Source: Nitrospira japonica | GTDB lineage: Bacteria > Nitrospirota > Thermodesulfovibrionia > Thermodesulfovibrionales > SM23-35 | Length of the DNA: 64,000 nucleotides | Assembly (NCBI GenBank): GCA_020725385.1 | Contig: DYFC01000034.1 | Coordinates: 32,001-96,000 of the forward strand | Direction of reading: 5' to 3' | In this document: positions 58,565 through 64,000 of the stretch, one piece after another | Position numbering within the stretch: the stretch's first letter is position 1 | Layout of the letters: every line of letters begins with the position of its first letter | Notes under the pieces: model-generated | Databases searched by the model: none | What the model was told of the DNA's origin: nothing | What the model saw: only the letters and a program-made list of their open reading frames with translations | Position numbers and translations under genes: made by a program

Positions 58565-58969
58565 ATGATTGGATGGAACCAGATATGGCTTGGTATAATT
58601 GCAATAGCTGTTGCAGTTACAGCAGGTTATATAATTTCACTTATAATTGAATTAAAAAAGACGATAAATTCTGTTAATGTTGTTCTAAAATCAATTGAAG
58701 AAAATCTCAATCCTGTTCTTGATGAATTACAGTTGACACTTAAAAGTCTGCGAAATATATCCGATGATGTTAATGAAGTTACTTCTGATGTAAAAGTGCT
58801 ATCTAAATCAGTTAAAGATATAGGAACTAATATAAGTCGTGCGAGCAGTTTTATTGGTACCGCTGCTTCGCTGGCTACGATAAGGGCTTCAGGATTGAAA
58901 GCAGGGTTAAAAACAGGATTGGGTTTTTTAATTAGTAATATTTTTTCGAGGATAGGAGGCAGAAAATGA
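58565..58969 (+). CDS. DUF948 (YoxC-like) domain protein
   Basis: N-terminal TM plus coiled coil; overlaps the ytxH-like gene (ATGA). Confidence 0.7.
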   Translation: MIGWNQIWLGIIAIAVAVTAGYIISLIIELKKTINSVNVVLKSIEENLNPVLDELQLTLKSLRNISDDVNEVTSDVKVLSKSVKDIGTNISRASSFIGTAASLATIRASGLKAGLKTGLGFLISNIFSRIGGRK

Positions 58970-59286
58970 GAGAAGAAGGTGGATATGGCGCAGGAAGTAT
59001 AATACTGTCCTTTTTGCTTGGAGGTGTAGTAGGCGCTGGAGTTGCATTACTTCTCGCACCTCAATCAGGCAGGGAAACAAGACAAAAAATAATGCAAATG
59101 ACAGAAGATGTTAAAGGAAAAGCCATGGATTATGTTGGTGATGTTAAAGAAAAAATTACAGGCAGCATTGATAAAGGTAAGGAATTCTTTGATGAAAAGA
59201 AATCAATTATTACATCAGCAATAGAAGCGGGTAAAGAAGCTTACGAAAGAGAAAAAGAGAGATTGTCCCGAGAAGAAAATGCATGA
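58966..59286 (+). CDS. YtxH domain-containing protein
   Basis: FLLGGVVGAGVALLLAPQSGRETR. Confidence 0.85.
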   Translation: MREEGGYGAGSIILSFLLGGVVGAGVALLLAPQSGRETRQKIMQMTEDVKGKAMDYVGDVKEKITGSIDKGKEFFDEKKSIITSAIEAGKEAYEREKERLSREENA

Positions 59287-59623
59287 AGTTGGAATAGCTC
59301 AAGGGATTCTTGATATTGCACTTAATACATGTAAGAATAATAATTACACAAAAGTTGATTCAATAAAAGTTAGAATTGGTAAAGCTGCAGGAGTATTGCC
59401 TGATTCTTTAATTTTTGCTTTTGAGACAATGAAAATTGGCACAGAAGCTGAAAATGCCACTCTTATAATTGAAGAAGTTCCTGTAAGCGGTGTTTGTAAT
59501 AGTTGTAAAGAAAATTTTTCTGTTGATGATCCTTATATAATACAATGCCCAAATTGTGGAAACATATCATTACGTATCGATACGGGTCGTGAACTAAATG
59601 TATATGAGCTGGAGGTTTCTTAA
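59279..59623 (+). CDS. hypA: Hydrogenase maturation nickel metallochaperone
   Basis: N-terminal MHE, CNSC and CPNC, GREL. Confidence 0.93.
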   Translation: MHEVGIAQGILDIALNTCKNNNYTKVDSIKVRIGKAAGVLPDSLIFAFETMKIGTEAENATLIIEEVPVSGVCNSCKENFSVDDPYIIQCPNCGNISLRIDTGRELNVYELEVS

Positions 59624-59626
59624 GTT

Positions 59627-60280
59627 ATGAAAGTTAAGGTTGTTACAAATATTCTCGAGGCAAATGACAGACTGGCTGCTGAAAACCAGAAAATATTTGA
59701 TGAACTCGGGGTCTTCGTAATAAATCTCATGAGCGGTCCCGGTGCTGGTAAAACTTCTGTGCTTGAAAGTACAATTAAAGAAGTAAATGGAAAAATAAAG
59801 ATCGGCGTAATAGAAGGTGACATAGCCGGTGATGATGATGCCCGCAGGATTGAAAGTCTAAATATACCTGTTGTGCAGATAAATACAGGAGGTGCCTGTC
59901 ATCTTGATGCAAACATGATCAGGGTTGTAATGAATGAGCTTCCTTTAAAAGATATTGATTTGCTTTTTATCGAAAATGTCGGAAATCTCGTTTGCCCTGC
60001 TGAATTCAATGTTGGTGAAGATATTAAAGTAATGCTATTAAGCATTGCAGAAGGTCATGATAAACCATTGAAATATCCTTTGATGTTTCAAACATCTTCT
60101 GCTTTAATTTTAAATAAAATAGATCTTTTGCCTTATACAAATGCAGATATTCAAAAGATAAAGAAAGATGCATTATCTCTTAATCCCGGGTTGAAGATTT
60201 TTGAGGTTTCATGCAAAACAGGAGAAGGTGTCTCTGAATGGGTTAAATGGTTGTATTCAATTGTTAATAATAAACCTTAG
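59627..60280 (+). CDS. hypB: Hydrogenase nickel incorporation GTPase
   Basis: GPGAGKT, IEGD, GGACHLDA, ENVGNLVCPA, KPLKYP, NKIDL. Confidence 0.95.
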   Translation: MKVKVVTNILEANDRLAAENQKIFDELGVFVINLMSGPGAGKTSVLESTIKEVNGKIKIGVIEGDIAGDDDARRIESLNIPVVQINTGGACHLDANMIRVVMNELPLKDIDLLFIENVGNLVCPAEFNVGEDIKVMLLSIAEGHDKPLKYPLMFQTSSALILNKIDLLPYTNADIQKIKKDALSLNPGLKIFEVSCKTGEGVSEWVKWLYSIVNNKP

Positions 60281-60306
60281 AGTCTGGAGCTAAGAATATA
60301 CTTTTT

Positions 60307-60340
60307 AAAGGGTTCAGATTTTTCAAACTGAACCCTTTTT
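60307..60340 (+). terminator. Rho-independent terminator after hypB
   Basis: aaaGGGTTCAG-loop-CTGAACCC-TTTTT. Confidence 0.75.
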
Positions 60341-60497
60341 ATTGCCTTAAATAAAAAAGTTTCAACCCGTGTAAACCATATAAAATGTGTAAACCGTTAA
60401 ATTGTTTAAGTCGTTTGAACAACTCTTTGCTCTTCGCTATCTGGCATTTTAGCTTTTTTATCTGCATTTTTTGGGTAAGATTAAGTTATCATTAAAT

Positions 60498-62858
60498 ATG
60501 GATAAAAAACGGGTAAGGATTTTTGTTAAAGGCATAGTGCAGGGAGTAGGTTTCAGACCATTTGTGTATAATCTTGCAGAATTACTGGGACTTAAAGGTT
60601 ATGTGATAAATTCTTCAAAAGGCGTAACAATTGAAATAGAAGGAGATAAAATTGATTCTTTTATTCATAAATTAAAAAATGAAGCCCCTCCTTTATCTCA
60701 AATCCTGAGTGTAGAAATTATTGAACTGCCATATCATGGTTATAAAGATTTTAGAATTCAAGAAAGCAAAGATGAAGGTAGTTTTACTTTAATTTCTCCA
60801 GATGTCTCAATTTGTAATGACTGCTTTAATGAAATGCTTGATAGGAATGATAGGCGTTATTTATATCCTTTCATTAACTGCACAAATTGCGGTCCGAGAT
60901 ACACAATCACAAAATGTGTTCCTTACGATAGACCTAATACTACCATGGCTGTCTTTAAAATGTGCAAGGATTGTTTTAGAGAATATGATGATCCCCGTAA
61001 CAGGCGTTTCCATGCACAACCAAACGCATGTCCCGTATGTGGACCACAGGTTGAACTTTTTTATAAAGGGGAAAAATTAAAGGATAAAAGACAAAATCCA
61101 ATAAAACAAGCCATTGAAATTTTAAAAAAAGGAGAAATAGTAGCTGTCAAAGGTCTCGGAGGTTTTCACATTGCCTGTGATGCTTTAAATAAAGATGCTG
61201 TTGAAAGACTAAGAAGAGAGAAGAGAAAAAATAATAAACCATTTGCTTTGATGTCCCCTGATATTGAAACAATAGAAAAATATTGCTATGTATCTGAAGA
61301 TGAAGAAAAAATCCTGAAATCAAATAAAAGACCAATTGTTTTATTAAGAAAGAAGAAGAATAATTTGCCGGAGGCAATAGCTCCTGACAATCCTTCTATT
61401 GGTTTCATGCTTCCTTATACTCCCTTACATTATCTTTTATTCTATTATCCTCTTGAAAAAGAAAGTTGCAAAGGAAAACCGAGTCCAAATTTTGAAGCCT
61501 TAGTTATGACAAGCGGAAACATTTCAGAAGAACCAATTGTCACTGATAACAAAGAGGCTAGAAAGAAATTATCTGGAATAGCTGATGCATTTCTTGTCCA
61601 CAACAGGGATATTTTTATGAGAGTTGACGATTCTGTGATACGAATTATAGATAAAAAACCGTTGAAAAAATTAAAAGAACGCAACGGTATGGAATCTATA
61701 ATTTATTTTATAAGACGTTCGCGTGGTTTTGTACCTGATCCTGTTCAACTTCATGAAGAAGGGCCTGAGGTACTTGGCTGCGGTGCTGACATGAAAAATA
61801 TTTTTACCTTAACAAAGGGCAGCTTTGCTATACCATCCCAGCATATAGGTGATATGGAGAATTATGAGACACTACAATTTTTTGAGGAAAGCCTGAATAA
61901 TCTTAAATCTGTATATAGAGTTAAGCCTGTGGCTCTTGCGTATGACCTGCATCCAATGTACCTGTCAACACAATGGGCATTGAGGCAAAAAAATATAAAA
62001 AAGACACCTATTCAACATCATTATGCCCATGTTGCTTCTATAATGGCTGAAAAAGGTATTAAAGACAAAATAATCGGAGTTTCATTTGATGGAACAGGAT
62101 ATGGAACAGACGGCAATCTATGGGGTGGGGAATTTCTTATCGCTGATATAAAAGGCTTCGAGAGGGCAGGGCATTTAAAGTATATACCACTACCCGGAGG
62201 AGAAAAAGCTGTAAAAGAACCATGGAGAATAGCACTAAGTTATATCCATTCTTGTTTTAAGAATAAAACTTTATCCACCCTGCAATCTATAGGATTCACA
62301 AATAAATACGGGATAGATAATATTAATAGTATCCTGTCTATTATTAACAATACACAGTTTTCTCCTTTATCATCTGGAGCCGGCAGGTTATTTGATGCAG
62401 TATCAGCATTGATAGGAATATGTGATAAAAATACTTTTGAAGGTGAAGCAGCAATTGCTCTTGAAGCAGCGGTCAGCAATAATATTAAAGGTAATTATCC
62501 GGTGAATTTAATATTTAACAATTGCTATGAAATTGATTTTTCCCCAACATTTTTAAATATTGTTAATGATTTGAATAAAAAGACAGATAAAGGTATTATA
62601 TCTGCTAAGTTTCATAATACTGTTGTTAAGGTTATAGTTGAGATTGTTTTAAAACTTTCTGAAAAATATTCAATAAAGGATGTAGCCTTATGCGGCGGGG
62701 TATTTCAGAACATGTATTTGCTTTATAAAACAATTGAAGGACTATCTATAAAAAATTTAAACATTCATATACATGATAAGGTGCCAACAAATGATGCAGG
62801 TATATCGCTTGGCCAGGCTTATATTATACGGGAAAGAATTAAAATAGGAATTGAATAA
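60498..62858 (+). CDS. hypF: Carbamoyltransferase HypF
   Basis: GIVQGVGFRPFVY, CTNCGPRY, RRFHAQPNACPVCGP, QHHYAH, PTNDAGISLGQ. Confidence 0.96.
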   Translation: MDKKRVRIFVKGIVQGVGFRPFVYNLAELLGLKGYVINSSKGVTIEIEGDKIDSFIHKLKNEAPPLSQILSVEIIELPYHGYKDFRIQESKDEGSFTLISPDVSICNDCFNEMLDRNDRRYLYPFINCTNCGPRYTITKCVPYDRPNTTMAVFKMCKDCFREYDDPRNRRFHAQPNACPVCGPQVELFYKGEKLKDKRQNPIKQAIEILKKGEIVAVKGLGGFHIACDALNKDAVERLRREKRKNNKPFALMSPDIETIEKYCYVSEDEEKILKSNKRPIVLLRKKKNNLPEAIAPDNPSIGFMLPYTPLHYLLFYYPLEKESCKGKPSPNFEALVMTSGNISEEPIVTDNKEARKKLSGIADAFLVHNRDIFMRVDDSVIRIIDKKPLKKLKERNGMESIIYFIRRSRGFVPDPVQLHEEGPEVLGCGADMKNIFTLTKGSFAIPSQHIGDMENYETLQFFEESLNNLKSVYRVKPVALAYDLHPMYLSTQWALRQKNIKKTPIQHHYAHVASIMAEKGIKDKIIGVSFDGTGYGTDGNLWGGEFLIADIKGFERAGHLKYIPLPGGEKAVKEPWRIALSYIHSCFKNKTLSTLQSIGFTNKYGIDNINSILSIINNTQFSPLSSGAGRLFDAVSALIGICDKNTFEGEAAIALEAAVSNNIKGNYPVNLIFNNCYEIDFSPTFLNIVNDLNKKTDKGIISAKFHNTVVKVIVEIVLKLSEKYSIKDVALCGGVFQNMYLLYKTIEGLSIKNLNIHIHDKVPTNDAGISLGQAYIIRERIKIGIE

Positions 62859-62905
62859 AAAGAAGAACTAATTTGAAATAGATTAATCAGAGGAGGGAGT
62901 TGTAA

Positions 62906-63976
62906 ATGCAAAGGATAATAAAAAAAATTCACAGTTTAATGAAAACCATTAACAAACCTGTAAAACTTATGGAAGTTTGTGGTACTCATACTGTTGCTAT
63001 TTTCAGGCATGGCATAAGAGGTGTAATACCAAAAGAAATTGTTTTATTAAGTGGACCCGGTTGTCCTGTATGTGTTACCCCAATCAAAGATGTTGATATA
63101 GCAATAGCAATAGCAAAAAAAGATGGATATATACTTACAACATTCGGAGATATGATGCGAGTTCCGGGGAGTAAAAAACAATCTTTATTTCATGCGCAGG
63201 CAGAAGGCGCAAATATAAACATTGTATATTCTCCTATGGATGCTCTTAATATTGCCATAAAGAATAAAGAAAAGAAAGTTGTATTTTTTGCAACTGGTTT
63301 CGAGACAACATCTCCTTCTATCGCGGGAACCCTTTATCAGGCCGAGCATCTTGGTGTCAAAAATTTTTTTATATATTCTGCTCATAAAGTTGTTCCGCCT
63401 GCATTAAAAGCTCTGGTAAATTCACCTGATTTAAAACTTGATGGTTTTATACTGCCTGGGCATGTTAGCACAATAATAGGAAGCAAGCCTTATGAATTTA
63501 TTGCTACCGAATACAAAATCCCATCTGTTATAACAGGATTCGATGCTGAAGATATTCTTACATCAATAATGATGCTTCTTACACAGATAGCAGAAGGCAG
63601 GGCTGAGATTGAAATACAATATACAAGTGTGGTTAAACCCGAAGGAAATCGTAAAGCTTTGGAATTGATTAATGAATATTTTGAACCATGTGATGCAAAC
63701 TGGAGAGGTATTGGTGTTATACCGGGCAGCGGACTGAAATTAAGAAGAAGCAAGAAACATTTTGATATTAATACTATACTCAAGATAGATGTTGCCGAAT
63801 CAGCAGAACCCAAAGGCTGTCAATGCGGTCATGTTCTCAGAGGTGTTAAAATACCTACAGAATGTAAATTATTCGGAAAAGCATGTACACCGGAACATCC
63901 TGTCGGAGCTTGCATGGTCAGTACAGAAGGTAGCTGCGCAGCATATTATAAATATTCAGGAACGGTAAGATTTTAA
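62906..63976 (+). CDS. hypD: Hydrogenase maturation protein HypD
   Basis: MEVCGTHT, GPGCPVCVTP, GFETT, PGHVS, GACMVSTEGSCAA. Confidence 0.96.
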   Translation: MQRIIKKIHSLMKTINKPVKLMEVCGTHTVAIFRHGIRGVIPKEIVLLSGPGCPVCVTPIKDVDIAIAIAKKDGYILTTFGDMMRVPGSKKQSLFHAQAEGANINIVYSPMDALNIAIKNKEKKVVFFATGFETTSPSIAGTLYQAEHLGVKNFFIYSAHKVVPPALKALVNSPDLKLDGFILPGHVSTIIGSKPYEFIATEYKIPSVITGFDAEDILTSIMMLLTQIAEGRAEIEIQYTSVVKPEGNRKALELINEYFEPCDANWRGIGVIPGSGLKLRRSKKHFDINTILKIDVAESAEPKGCQCGHVLRGVKIPTECKLFGKACTPEHPVGACMVSTEGSCAAYYKYSGTVRF

Positions 63977-64000
63977 TGTTAAGAATTAAATTAGAGAAAC

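Overview
AT-rich bacterial chromosomal segment. Gene content and order suggest an anaerobe, probably Nitrospirota (Thermodesulfovibrionia-like) or a deltaproteobacterium-like lineage; this is inference only. The main feature is an 11-gene complex I-like operon (nuoABCDHIJKLMN, no nuoEFG) transcribed divergently from an electron-bifurcating NfnAB transhydrogenase. It is unusual in two ways. NuoD carries a 2x[4Fe-4S] ferredoxin domain inserted inside the subunit. NuoB has an in-frame TGA at an N2-cluster ligand (GLA-U-CAIEM) followed by a SECIS-like hairpin. A second likely selenoprotein (DsrE family, UxxC) has a hairpin at the same spacing from its UGA. The rest of the window contains an ABC exporter, lemA, pbpC, housekeeping genes (trmJ, rluD, pfk, thiE, accCB, efp, rsmA, pdxA), fadL with an acyl-ACP/CoA ligase, and an RpoD-like sigma factor behind a sigma54-type promoter. 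It also contains a yybP-ykoY riboswitch upstream of a Zn-ribbon/TerC/M48 unit, a tamB/Omp85 pair, a TauE/USP cluster, hydrogenase maturation genes hypABFD, REP-like palindromes with a GIY-YIG remnant, and a candidate sRNA. No tRNA, rRNA, CRISPR array or intact transposase was seen.
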